NCBI GenBank assembly: GCA_964187785.1
Contig: OZ076416.1
Span: 56,048,001 to 56,112,000, forward strand
DNA from: Amphiscolops sp. MND2022
Taxonomy: Eukaryota
DNA: 64,000 nt
Direction of reading: 5' to 3'
Below, one piece after another: positions 24,138 to 37,520 of the stretch. Both the position numbers and the translations under genes were made by a program. Under the pieces are notes generated by a model. The model did no database searches, was not told where the DNA came from, and saw nothing but the letters and a program-made list of their open reading frames with translations. The stretch's first letter is position 1; each line of letters opens with the position of its first letter.

Positions 24138-25933
24138 AACCATATATGATTCAGAGTGTGGTCAAGCCTGGAACCAAAAACTCTTATGGTCCAGAGTATG
24201 ATCAACCTGTTTTTGCATGGGAGGGAAACCCGGTAAATCAATGAGAAAACTTAAGAACGAGAACTCATGCCGTCGTGACGGAATCATCCTGTATTAGATG
24301 AACAACGATATTTCTAGAATAGAAAGATTTAAAATTCCTCGATTCTCAGAAGTCCTCGATTCTCATCATGTTAAACTCCTGGAAGGTTTTTAAACTCTTG
24401 CTCCAAGTTCTATGTATCGATGACAGAAATCAAAATTTTGGTGCTCAAACATCAAGCTTCCAGTTAAAAATATCATACAAAGGTTATTTCTTATCGAAAA
24501 TGAATATTTGGTATTGCTGGAAGCATAATTATGTTTTCAACAATCTTTCATTGAACACCCCTGAATCCCTGAATAGAAGTAGAAATATTTCACACATCAT
24601 TCATCTGGTCATATCGCTGCTATCGCAACCGAGATATTTCTTCCATCGATATGCTTTGGAAAGAGCAAACGCATTGAAACTATCGATTGTTCACCTCATT
24701 CAAAGGATGAAACAAGCATGAACAAATAATCGCAATTCAAAGCTTGTAAAATTGAAGTTATTGAACGAACAGAAACTGTTTGTCCCTGTTATGTTTGTTT
24801 TCGGTTCTACATTGCCTTTCTGTACAACATTATAGTTCACCAATTGACCTGAAATGTATCGGGAACTGCTTTTCAGCGTTGCAAACTTTCTGTTATTTTT
24901 CTTTGAGATTCCTGGTTGAAATTCAATTCATTCCTCGCAATGTGCCTATGAAACTGTCGGCTAGGCCTTCTCATAAGCATCTTTGAAGTCAGCTTTTCGG
25001 AAGAAATGTTTTCTTATTCCTCCTCCCCACAGATACAACTTGTTTCTTATTTCCCCCAACACGAATGTTTTTGCGTGAAAACTTCTTGAGGAAAAAAAAT
25101 TGGAGCTATAAATAGAGTAGCTACAATAGCGAGATTTGCAGCAAAAAATTATCCGGAATTTTTGATAGATTTGTGACAAAAAATCAAAAATTCAACAAAA
25201 AGCAAAAATTCAACCTTGGAACAAGCTAAAATGGTATAGAAAAGTCCCTATTTTAACGCATATTTTCTGCCAACATAAATTAAAGTGAGCGACGTTCAAC
25301 TCTAACTCAATGTAAAAGATTGGACCAAAATTTCAGCGCAAACCATGTCGACATAATGGTATTTGAACTTTGTTCCTTACTCCAACCCCCATGATTGCTT
25401 AGGCGGGGGTATGAAATAAGAAGCACGGTCCAGTTTTCTTTTTTTCGTCTCATAGATCAAAAAATTTGTTATTGGTCCAATTTTTTCCACAATTTTTCCA
25501 GAGCAGTTCAACGAACATTGAACATTCATTCCCTGTAGAGATAATTGCTGCACTTTGTATGATCCTGCGAGGAATGAGTTATTTTTTTACAGGAATTCAC
25601 CGTACAGAAATGAGCTTCGACAAAGTTTGCGTTCCCTTTCATTCTAACGGGGAATTTCATTGTAAAATTGATATTACTTATTACGAAAAGTTTTCGTTTC
25701 GTGGGGAGCAAAGGATTCGGGCTCACCTTAGTAGATTTGTAAGTTTGGTTAGCTCATCCGACAGAGTGATTTCATTTCAAATGTCCTCGTATTATGACGA
25801 CACAGATCCAAGTTGGAGCCCTATCATTGACAAAGGGAGAAATCTGACAGTCTGGGTTGATCAAACTGGTAGTCGGTCTGTCTATGGCGATGGCAAAAAT
25901 CACAGTGAAAAGAAGCTTAGATGTTCACACTGA
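24138..25933 (+). CDS. Candidate downstream host exons (24138-24232; 25593-25738 or longer)
   Basis: AG/GT-bounded open segments EPYMIQSVVKPGTKNSYGPEYDQPVFAWEGNP and GIHRTEMSFDKVCVPFHSNGEFHCKIDITYY... The ORF continues as FQMSSYYDDTDPSWSPIIDKGRNLTVWVD. The exon chain is not closed. Confidence 0.42.
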
Positions 25934-26581
25934 TTATGATATTGTTGATGCATCCACTAAGTGTGTGTTAGCTACCGACACATTCAAAGCGAGATGGTTG
26001 AGATTGGAATTTTACAGCCACGAATATTCACAGTTTGGTTTAATAGAAACATTATCTCATTTTTTCTCTGTATTTTATAAATGCTCAATATCAATTTGAA
26101 TGGCGACAGTTTCAAATAGATTTCGTTAATAACTTGTCAAGCTCGGAGAACGAACGTTTCCAAATGAAAGCCGCAATGAAAAGTTTCATTTTTGGAAATA
26201 ATCATATTATGTAATTTTATACTAGAACATTTTGCAATTGTATGACCTTATCAAGACATGCATTTTTTTTGAAAACCCTATTGAGAAGCCCAAGGTGCGC
26301 AAAAAACCGCGCAGAAGTTTCCTTTCACCTGTTGAAGAATTAGGAAAAATTACCATATAAATTATGGAAGATAATCTGAAAAATTGTCTAAAATAGTTAC
26401 TCGGCTAAGATGATTTTCACTACCACAAGAACAAGATCTAAAACCACTGAACCCAGGTCTAAAAAGCACTGGAATAAGATCTAAACCTAAAATCATAAGG
26501 ATAGAAACTGGAAGTATAACTAAAACTACTGGAATATCTAAAAATTACTAGAGTAAGACCTTGTATAATTCCTATAATAGA

Positions 26582-27133
26582 AATAAGACAGGAACAGCAT
26601 AAGTCGGCACCCGCTTAAAGCTCATAAAGAGCAAAAGTACTTCAAAGCGTGAAGGACCCTTTTTCGAAAAAAAATCTCAATTTCGCACTACCAATACAAA
26701 ACACAAAGGGGACAATTCTGAGCCTAAAAGGGTTTTTGCATTTAATCTCACCAGAAATATCAATTACTTTGGACATAATAATACAGAAGAAGTGTTCTTT
26801 TCTTTAAGTTTGGAAGGAAACAAAACATGAAAACTGATAAGATTCGAACCTCCACCTCATCACTAATAAAACGCAATTGCCTTCGGATATAACATCAAAT
26901 TTTCGAATATACCGTGCTGGGCCAAATGGGAGCGCTTTTTTCGAACCTCAGCCTCCACCTTAGTAAAACGCTATTTGCTTCGGATTTAACGCCAAAAACT
27001 TGAAAATATTGTCTTGGGTCAAATGGTACCTTCAAGATTTCAAGTTTTTGTTACTTCGTGTGGATTGATTCAAAAAAATTAACAAAAAGCCACTATAATA
27101 GTCGTGCTTTTTGTATTCAAAAAAGCACCGACT
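26582..27133 (+). mobile_element. Helentron/HINE-like repeat copy
   Basis: 5' AATAAGACAGGAACAGCATAAGTCGGCAC and 3' AGTCG...GCACCGACT termini, with an internal ~105-bp tandem repeat. Confidence 0.55.
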
Positions 27134-27160
27134 AAGGGAACGAAAAGTGAGATGTTTCTC

Positions 27161-27342
27161 NNNNNNNNNNNNNNNNNNNNNNNNNNNNNNNNNNNNNNNN
27201 NNNNNNNNNNNNNNNNNNNNNNNNNNNNNNNNNNNNNNNNNNNNNNNNNNNNNNNNNNNNNNNNNNNNNNNNNNNNNNNNNNNNNNNNNNNNNNNNNNNN
27301 NNNNNNNNNNNNNNNNNNNNNNNNNNNNNNNNNNNNNNNNNN
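27161..27342. other. Assembly gap (182 N)
   Basis: Run of N. Confidence 1.
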
Positions 27343-29089
27343 ACTCCATATGAAGTTTCAGATATGAACAAATATGAGCAGAGATTTTATTATTGATTAC
27401 TTTTCTCAGTTAAAAACCGGCTCCTTTCAATGATCAAGCCCTGTTTGGTTATGTTTTCTAATCAACAAATTAAATGGTGTCATGTTGGAACGTAAGGATT
27501 CTTTAGTGCGAGATTTTTTGAGTTGTCGTTAAAAATCGTCGAAGCAGTTGTTTTCTGTTGTAAAAAAGTAGCTGTTGTGAATAAAAATGAAACAAAAGTG
27601 GAGTTTTCTGGGAAACATTGGTTCAAGGTAATTCCAATCTGTAGCGCTCATGCGTTGACATGCATTTACTACTTTCTTCAGGTGAATATTCAGTGCTGCC
27701 CACATTGGAACATCACTAAACATGATATAGCTCTAAAATCAGTCAGCTAACCCTTCTATGATAGTTTCTAAAAAGTTTTTGCAACGACAAGCCATAGCCG
27801 TTCATTACGGAGTGGAGGAACTCATGACATGGGTATGTGCCCGGGACAGGCGCCCATGCCATAAGTCCATTTTTCCTTCTGGGGTGAGAACCGTCCCGTC
27901 AGGAGGGGGTTTTTGTCTCTAAAGAGTGATCGCTGTCCTGTTCCAGTCTGTTATTGCCAACAGCAACGGGCATTCCACTTTTTCGTCTGAACCACCGCTT
28001 TGCTGGCCTTTAAAAACGAGAGGTAATAAGGTATCAAAAGTTAACTTCTTCTATCAACAGGAAACGAAAACACGTAGCTCTTGAGCTACGGTAATCAAGA
28101 ACAGGCAATTTACCACATCATAAAAAAAGGCAATATTGCACCGTCAAACAAAAGAATGGGGACACAAAAGCACCGTAGGCTTGTTCAAGCGAAGAATTTC
28201 ATTCTAGCGTGTAATCACAACAATTAGCATCATAATGCTCAAGACTCAAATCTGTCAAAAGTCTGTCTTGCAAAAATTGGCACCTGCAAATTGCGTTTTC
28301 TTTCTGACTGTTGCAATTGTCTTTCTTCTTTCGGTTCGCCGGTTCGCGGACGAGAGCACTTATGCTTTGACGCCTTTTCACTTCTTCGGGTTTTTTAATG
28401 ACACGGTCGTGGTAAGCGGAATATGACTGAAATTCAGGAGTTCCAAATTTTGAACGAAATTCCTAAAATTTTTCTGCCATCATGGGTGATCGTTACTCAG
28501 TCCCCGGGGTCTTATGCTTGGCGTCCTCGTCAAGCGTGTGAGTGCCGTGTCGTGTGAGAATAGAAGGTTGGAAGGATGTCATCATGTCCATCACAGTTGA
28601 ATTGTCATCTTGGTGCTTAGCGATGTCGTCCCCGAACAAACATGAAATTTACTACATTGAAACAAATCCCAAATGCTTTTCTCTTGTCTGTGACAGTAGG
28701 TTACTGTTTTTTTACACAACGACAGGGTAAAACTCTTTTCCGAAGCTCGGGAGCTTCAGGCTATTAGGCAGACGCAACAAGTGCAATTCAGGCTAGTTAG
28801 AATGTCTTTTCTCGCAGACTGGTCTCTCACTAAGCCTTACGATAAAAAGAAAACTCATTGACGAACACCTTTATTTCAATTTTTTGCTCTTTTTCAGACA
28901 CTTGATCCACTAAATTTGTTCGCAATATGGTTAACTATGAAACGTAACATAAATTGAGAGCACCTTGTATGGTGCAGCACTATCTAATTAGAACTAAAAT
29001 TGCGAAGTTATTGGTGCGCATAGCGCAGAAACGTAGCATTGAAAGATTAAATAGAGATCAGGTTATTAATAAGGCAGCAAAATTTGTTT

Positions 29090-30634
29090 GTTTGTTTGTT
29101 TGATGATGTTTCGTGTAGCAATGTTTTGTTGGCAGGACAGGGAACAGAGTTCCGGACTGTTTTGACAATCTTCGAGAGATCGTTGCATCCAGAGATTTTG
29201 CTTGTACACGTCTCGATCACACTAGTAGTCTTGAAATCCTCTTTCGACGAAACCGATCAGCTTGGCACGTGAAAAGTCGATAGGAGCTCGCCAGTGTCTG
29301 TTGGGGATTTTAATCATCTCGAATACGTTGCTCCGGCTGGTGTGCCCTCCGAGAGCTTGTAAGCTCTCAGTGGTATACTTTCGCAGTGTAGGCCAGTCCC
29401 ATGGATATCTCACTGGCACTCCATGTTCGTCCAAGGGAGCATCCTACCAGTTTACGGTTTCATATTCTCGGGCCAGGGTACCGATTTTTTTGGCTCTAGA
29501 TTTCAGCACTCCCATCAGATTTTCTTCCTGCTGCGGTTGCGACTTAATTGTCGTGTACCTTGTCGGAACTAGGTGTAGTAGGCCTCGATGTATGGACCAT
29601 TCGTAATCCAGTGGCTTTTTGTTTTTAATGTAGGTCAAAATCGATACACTTGGAACTTTGCTGGCATTACGTAGTGGTTTCGTCGGATATCGTAACACTC
29701 CAATTGCCCCATTAATTGATGTCAAAACTGGTGTCAGCACGGGAATCAAGTCTTCCACTTCTCCTAATATTAATTTGCCCAATTGGTTTAGGGTACGGAA
29801 ACGCATGACATCAGTCAGCAACTGTTTCGCATCGTACATTGGTTGTGTGTTGTCGACGCCCACGAACAGTCCGGAGGAGAAATTTAGCGTGCAAAAGATC
29901 CAGTGCAACAAGCTTTGTTTCATTGGGTTCAGTTGAACTTGTTGCACTTGGCTCGCTATACAATGTCTCAACAAGGGACCGTATTCCCTCCATTTCTCCT
30001 TTTGCCAAGACTAGATGAGAAAAATAGCACTTCGAGTCACATTTGGTCATCAATTTTATAATAATTGCCATGGGTCATGCAAAGAATTTGTTTTGTCCAA
30101 ACGCTAACATCAGGGCGATTACTTCGTGCATGACCATGATTTTTACAGCTTTGCTTATTTCCAACACTTCTTTTTCTTCTAGGCGAAATACGACTCGCAT
30201 GACGTCAGGACACAATCCGAATCCCAGACATAGTGCAAAATGATCGACAGTGATTCCTAGCTCTTGAGATAAGTTAGCGAGTGTTTAGCTTGTGAGCTTT
30301 TCGTACAACCACTCATAGGTTATGGGGCGTAACTGTAGGTCTTGGTGACTTTCTACTGTGATCTTTGATAGGATAGCTTTCATGCCCAGTGATAGTTTGC
30401 CTTTACACACGTCCTGGGCAAACTTGACATGTGACAGGGTTAGTTCTACTTCACGGACGTTGGAGCATAGGTCCATCAGGTTCATTACTTCTGTCAATTC
30501 AGTTTTAAGAATCCTTTGGGTTAGTCTGAGCGTGTACGAAAAAGGCAATTTTATTGACGGACTGCATCACACTCTTCTATGGTTGGTTCCTGAGATTGTC
30601 GCTCGCAGTCCTCATTAAACATAATCAACGCCAT
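29090..30634 (-). pseudogene. Accessory ORF B (~500 aa, unknown function) of the giant Gypsy
   Basis: ORF fragments 30285-30548, 29811-30071, 29444-29974 and 29222-29434 join into one reading through a few stops and frameshifts. No domain recognised. Confidence 0.6.
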
Positions 30635-30933
30635 TCGTTTCCCATGATCGAAATTTATCTCGACGTCGACTGTCACCTGAGCATTGCTTCTTCTTTCCAT
30701 TGATTGTAATATTTTGGCCTCCCATGCAATGTAAGCCTGATATGATAATCAGCTGGGACGCAATGTTCTAATGACTGTGCGCAAATTTAAAGCGCAATTG
30801 AAAAAACTTATGTCTCTACATTGGCAGATTTCAGACACCAAATCCACGAATTGTTGTAAAACACTGGCATCACATTGTCTAGAGGCACCTTTCTCGTGAG
30901 TGTCGAGTCAATCAAAAAGGCTTAACGCGCTCT

Positions 30934-32360
30934 TTATATTCGCACTTTGGGAAGGGGCAGCTGTGCCTCTAGGTCTCTGGCATAGGTTTTGTTGATAGCG
31001 AAGGTTTCTTCTTCGTTGAGTTCATAGGGATCGTGGAACTGTTCACGTAAATCTGTGGTGAGGTTGTCCGGATAGTTGCTTCGACGCTTGGCAAAACGTT
31101 TATAGCCCTGGCTTCCCATGCCGGCTCGTTTTCTTGATGAGTATGAGGCCTTAGCTTCCTCTTCATGAACACTGAAATCATGCTCTTTTTTAAATTGGGC
31201 TTGGGTTTCATCAGACGGTGGAGCTCGCTGTCGCTCTCGACTCCACTCTAGATCCAGTTGTTCCGCAGCTTCCCAGATTCTTCGTGCGTCCTTTGTCACC
31301 AAAATTCTTTTCGTTTCTTTGAATGGAGGCAGGTAAGTTGGAGGTCGCGGTGCGACTTTCTTTGTTGCTTTTGGCACTCTTCTTAGTGGGATACCTGTTG
31401 GTCCGCTGTTGCGTATTGGAACGTCATCAGGATACTCTTTTGTCACTTCCTCTAGTATTTTCTGTTTTTCTGGTTATCCTTGATAGCCCATTTACTTTGG
31501 CGTTGGCGGAGGTGGCGAAGACGGAAGCACGAATGCTTCCGAGACCACTGATTTCAACCTTGTCAATTTCGACAGTGGTGCCGGTTGTGTTGAGGAAGAT
31601 GAGGATGATTGTCGACTTGAAGTTGACTGGGTTGGCGTCGGTTGTTGTTTCTTGTCAGGTGGTGGCTTGCTCGTGGGGCTCTTCAGCGTTCCGCGGGCTG
31701 AGGGAATATGGGGTGAAGCTGAAGTAGACCGCTCATTGCGTTTTCTCTTTTCCCCTCCCCCTGCGAAGAAGAAGGCGTTGGTGGGGTACGGCCACGACCC
31801 GTATGAGGAGCTGACGATTGATTCTAGGTTGATCTGCTTGGAATGATGTTTTCTCGATGGCCTGGCCAGTGGCGCGTGATGGTTGACAGAACGTTCGGCC
31901 GTTGCAGGGAGTTGGGGCGTGAATGTTGTTGTGTGAGAGGTGGTGGTCTCTGCAACATAACCGAGTGACTGTCCAAGAAGAGTCGTGCAGGCAGAAGTGA
32001 GATTAGCAGGTGGGCGTACTACTTGATCTTTTTCAACACCTCGATTGGTTCGGCTGAAGGAAATTGAAGATCGGCCGTCAATGAAGTAGTGGGTCAGGTC
32101 GTGACCTGACCACACCCCATTTTGAAACATCATAGATCGCGAAAAGCCAAGGAAAGTAGAAGTGAGTCAAGAGAGGTGCTTGTTCTTGGGATTCCATCTG
32201 CGCGAGGATAGCGGCTAATCCCGTTACTAACGGTAGCAGGAAAGCCAGCAGTCAAGCGATGTTCCACCAGAGCACTCTGAGATACTCGTTGCAAATGTCC
32301 AGCATCGTAAACACGTCGGCCAGAGCTAGACGGACGATCACCCCGGAGCTTGAAGGCCAT
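30934..32360 (-). pseudogene. Accessory ORF A (~470 aa, Ser/Pro-rich middle, unknown function)
   Basis: 32130-32360, 31492-32133 and 30934-31446 are collinear. The last two share a frame and are separated only by stops. Confidence 0.6.
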
Positions 32361-32499
32361 TGATCAGCCATAAAACTTGCTCAACTAAGTTTGTCTGAAA
32401 TGGAGCGTGGAAGGTAATAATACATCAAGTGGAGATTAGCTAAAGAAACACAGTGACAGTTGGATATCATCAAAAGAAACATGAAAAGGGTGCAACAAA

Positions 32500-34480
32500 G
32501 CTTAAAACGGGGGTTCATTACGGTAAAGGAAATTGGGTGATGCTAGCGATGAAGACAAGGTACAATCGTGCAGATTTACCGAAAGAGCGGTGTCCGCTAA
32601 GACTTCCATCAGGCAAGTGTAGAAATGGTGAAAAGTAGTGTGTGCGTTTCGGAACTAGTATCGAGAATTGAACTTCGGAGTCGGACGTGTGATGAGGAGG
32701 TAGAAGGTTTGTTGGAAATTGTTGACCAACAAGGGATTGAGGGCAATGACCGTGCTCGTATCCGGGCGGTCTCAGAAGATGTTTTCTATGCCATGTTCAC
32801 GAAATACATAGCGTGAGACCGCGGAGTTGGTTTCCAAGGTAGCTGGGCAACACAGGGGGATGTGGTGTGGGGCTTGGAAAAAATCAGTGTGATCGTAAGA
32901 GACGTAGTCAACTAAATGTGGCCGTATTGCGCCATGGTATTTAATTTCACCTCCTGGAGAGTCGTGTGGGAGTGGTTCGTCGCAGCAGTGGTGTCCCCTG
33001 ATGGCCGTTAGGTCTTGCCAAACAGAACCTAGTAGCGGTTGATTATCAATGTTTGCTCTTGACCACGTATCAAGAGCACTCAATGCAGAACAGATAGAAA
33101 TTGGCTTGTCAAACGTATGTGTCCATTCATCGAGTAAACGAATGAGGGGAAATTGCTGAGAACTACGATAATTACCTCCAACATCCATTGGGTCTTGAGT
33201 TTGCCTCGATAGAGATCAACGATTTGGAAACAGAGTATCCATTCGGTGGAGGCTTCGGTTCGTAGGCCTTCGGGGCAGCTACGTAAGCTGTTTGGGTTTA
33301 CTAAATCACAAAAATGTTGTGCTATGACTAAGAGCCGCCAATGACAAGCTGGTTGATATACGGTGCCAGGTTTCAATAAGATGCCGTACTTTGTCGTAAA
33401 GCAAATTGGCTGTAATGCAACGCAACGCACCTTTTATATGGGCTCACGTTCGAAGTTGAAGGGTCCAAAGACGATGTTTGGTGGGACTTGAGGAATCGTG
33501 ACATCTAGGGTGAATTCTAGGCCTTTGTGGTCGCTGATCCATTCTTTGAATCTTGGGCATGACGTTTTGTACACTTCCTAGTACACTATATCTTTTCTTG
33601 CTTTCACCACAGTTCGGTGAACCGGACAGGGTGTTTGTCCTTCTTGTGTGGCCAGGACTCCCCGGAGTCTAGTCGTGATTGTGATGTCGATCATTTGGAC
33701 ACATGTGCAATCACGCAATCAGCAGGTGTCACATCAAAAGCGTGGGGTTCTGTGACGACGGAGATGGTAGCATGTTGTGGCTTGTGAAGGACGTGACTCC
33801 AAGTCTGTGGTTACAAGGGCACTCGGTGCTGATGTATCTGAGGTTGAGGGACTCTCATTAACATTAGTGTTTAGCTCACGAGTCTGTTGATGAGTGCGTG
33901 GTGGTCACCCTCTAGTCACCCGTCGAGAGGCGCAACGTTTTGCCCTCGTTTTTACTGTAGTTCGTCGCGTTTGGCGAGAACAACGTCCAATTGGGAGTTT
34001 AGGCGGTCGATCTCTGCGTTTGCGTTGGTGGAGTCTGGACTTGGCAAGGTAGTCGAGAAGTGTGGTGTCTCATGTATCGGTTCAATTGCAAGGATGGTTG
34101 ATTGCTCACCATTTGGCTATATTGGCAAATTGCTCAATACATCAGTTAGTGATGGACCAGTCAGTAAAGGAGCAGACGTCTCTGCTAGGAAAGTCTCGTT
34201 AGCTTGAAGTTCGACTGGAGGAAGCCTTGGAATTGGTTCTCCGGAAATGACTTCATGTTCAGAGGATAGGGCCTCCTCTTCCATCACAGGAATGGGAAGT
34301 TCTTACTGAGGACTGGCAATTCGTGACAGGTTGTCCACTTCTTCCCAAAGGAGAGTGTCCCCTTGTGGCTGATCAGGTACTTGTGCGCTTGATAAGAGAA
34401 CGTATGCTGGTTCGGTCTCGTCGTCTGTTGAGTAGTCGATTTCTTGGTAATGAGGTCTACTACCCCCTTCGGGTATCCTT
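32500..34480 (-). pseudogene. Long Cys/His-rich extension downstream of integrase
   Basis: Manual translation gives an acidic/Pro-rich linker, then CDTC*LRDCTC, PCPVH, ACHW...HFC, HHCC and HHIPLCC clusters (includes ORFs 33080-33430 and 32772-33188). Confidence 0.55.
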
Positions 34481-34484
34481 GTTG

Positions 34485-37400
34485 TTAATCTGGTGTCCAG
34501 TGACGTCTTTGCGGAGGTGCTGACACGTCTGTTGCTTCAGTCAAAAACTCTTCTTCTCGATATGAGGGTTGGGAACAGTCATCGAGGATTTCTTCTGCTG
34601 ATAGATCCGATTCGAGGTCCATGATGATGGCTACGTCTCCATCATTTGTTCGCGTGGTAGTCCATTCTGTATGTCCGTTTTTGTGGGGTTTTAGCCGTTC
34701 AAAGTGTACTTTCAGCCCATTGCCCAAGAAGTACACTCGTCCTTTCTGTATCACTTATGCTACTTTGTGGGGACCTCACTAGACTTTCATTAACTTGGGC
34801 GATCCCTTTTGTGGGATGTATCGACAGAATACCCAAACGTAGTCGCCAATTCCATATGCGTTAGCCGGATTGCTCAACCCTACTTCCGTTTTTGTCGTTG
34901 CTGAGCTTGGTAAGTATACTTCAAACCAAGTCATAGATTTCTTGTTGGCGGGCTAGGACATGGTCAACGTAAGCCTCGTGTGATTCAAAGGACTGCGCTA
35001 AAAACTCTTGATAGGGTACGTTAGTGATATATCCTCCTCCATACTCCTGATCAGCATGTATACCGAGAAACCTATCGTAGCGTGGCGCGTCAAGTTGAAG
35101 GCTCCCATCACTTCATCTATGTGTTGGTCCCGATTGTGCATGCACTTCGAGCAAAATACTCTCAACAAAGTTAGTAGGGTTCTGTTTTGTCTTTCTACCA
35201 AGCCTTGGGTTCTGGAATGACCTGCTGTCGACGTGACCTTGGTCACTTCTGACGCCTTCATGAATTGGTTGGGAACTTCTGCGGTAAACTTGGAGCTTTG
35301 TCGAATTGCATCCTCGTTGGCGTCCCATGTATTGCAAACCATTTTTGCAGGAGTATATTTGACGTGGATATGGCGTCATACTCATCGTGTCGGCAAGGAT
35401 AAGCCAACTTGGACAAGTGATCATTTATGACTCAGAAGCCTGTGTTTTTCTCGTCATAGGGACAAGTTTCAAATTATCATATTGAACCATCTTATTAAAA
35501 TACCCGCTTTGAAATATTTTCAGAATGAATTCGGACATCTACAGATTTATTGCGCACTTACTGTCATGTCAAACACTGACCAACATATTGACCAACGCGT
35601 TTTCGGATACTTGGACACGTGTGCCGCTCTTGTATCCTCGCCAGGACTTTGGCAATGCCTTGGTGTCCCATGGCAACGTGGCCCCAAATTGTATTTCGTG
35701 TTGGTATAATTGGGGCATCATTATCATGCATGTTCGCTCATGCAGTGGCCTTCGTTTTGAAGGGTACTTGACACAGAGCATTCCATTTGAAAGAGCAATA
35801 ATTTTTTCTGATTGTAATAATTTCGAGCAAAGGCACGCACATTCTCTGGGAATACATCATGATTAATGGATTCTTTTGCAACCAATCTTTTAATGGCAAG
35901 TACGTGTACAACCCAATTCTGTGCTAGCAATGGATCCTTGATTCCGTGGACCGTATTAGTGTGTTCATGGAGTTCTGAGGCCATCGTCTTGAAGGCGAAA
36001 GTCATTTGTTTGACGTGGGAGGGATCGGTTTCCAGAGATTGTCCCTCATTTTCGGTAACTGCATATGATGTCGTCGAGGGAACGCTTTTTGTGTGAGAAG
36101 GGATCAAATAGTCTTGCCTGCACCCCTCTGTGATCCAATTTTCTGCGTAATGTGGACAGTCAGTGAAGCTAGGCGTCGGTAAAGGTGACAAGGGAGCCCG
36201 CAGAGCTTCCGAACGCCTTTTCGTTTGTTGGTTTTTGGTTTTGGTGCGTCGAGCTATTCGCCCTGACGCCTGTATTGAAAATTAGGTCAGTTTGGCTAAG
36301 TGTTTGGGCTAAATCAGTGCCTGATAGTCGACTCTAAAGGTGAATTTGCGCGGACATAGATAGCTAAGATTCTTCAATATAAAATATTAGGCGGCGTACA
36401 TTTCTAGTTTTGGGCTTTCCTTTTTGGCCTGTGTTGTCGTCAATTTCTTGCTGCCAAATACTACGGGCCTTAGCTTGCAATTTCCGGGATATCCTTGCCG
36501 ATGATGACGGATACCAGTTATCGCCACGCCACTTGCATCGGTGTCCACTACGAATTCTCAATTGCTGTCTGGTTGAGCCAATGCTATAGCCTCTATCAAT
36601 GCTATCTTGATGCTGTTAAAGGCTTGCTGCTGCTCCTCCCCCCCCCCACAGAAATGCGGTGCCTATACCAGGGATTGCGTGAAGGGGGCTACCAAATTGG
36701 CATGCCATGGAATGAAATCGCGATAGAAGTTGGCGAAACCCAAGAAGCGCTGCATCTCTGTTTTGCTTCTCGGGATGCGCCAATCACGGAACTTGGCTAC
36801 TGCCTTTGGGTCTGGTTTGATTCCTTCAGCAGTTACCACTCGTCTGCGATACTTGATTTCGGACTTCATGAAGTCACACTTTGAGACTCGCATTTTGAAT
36901 CCGGCTGCTCGTAAACACTCAATCACTTCACGAAGTCTTTCCATATGATATTCTATTGTTCCAGTTGCTATCACAATGTCGTCTATGTATCCATGACCAC
37001 GCTGCCTTCACGATTAACAATTTTCTGCAGCGCTCGCGCTATAGATTGTTGAAATGTGGCAGAAGCGTTCCATTGGCCAAAAGGCATACGTCGCCACTCA
37101 AATAGACCAAGGTCACACGCAACGCTGTTTTTTGACGATCGAATTTTCGTAGCGGGATTTGCCAGAATGCCCAGGCCAAGTCAATGCTGGTATAGATTTT
37201 CGTTTTTCCGAGGCGTGATAAATTTTCATCGATGAGTGATAAAGGCTATGCATCCTTGATGGTCACTTCGTTGCGTGGACGGAAGTCGCAACAGAAACGA
37301 AGTACTCTATTGGTCTTTTTCACCATCACGATTCCACTTGCCCAGGGGGATAAGGAGCGTTGAATCGTACCAAACGCCAGGAGACCTCCTTATTAGCTCG

Positions 37401-37520
37401 TTCTACTTTGTCGGGGGACATTCGACGTGCACCTTCACGATGGGGCACAGCTGACCGCTCAATATCCTCGGGGTGTTTAGCGATTTTACATTTCCCGATA
37501 ACGGCCTTATTTTTCATAAA
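34485..37520 (-). pseudogene. Gypsy RT, RNase H and integrase, heavily disrupted
   Basis: SPWASGIVMVKK, FCCDFR, IDLAWAFWQ, MPFG and YIDDIVIATG (RT); GLVERQNRTLLTLLRVFC (IN); KVHFERLK (IN C-terminus). Confidence 0.92.

Noticed and set aside
27032-27371. ORFs of 79-105 aa
   Set aside because: Artefacts of translation through the N gap.
27806-27868. Imperfect ~17-bp hairpin (CATGGG...CCCATG core)
   Set aside because: Single occurrence with no family match or second copy in the window.
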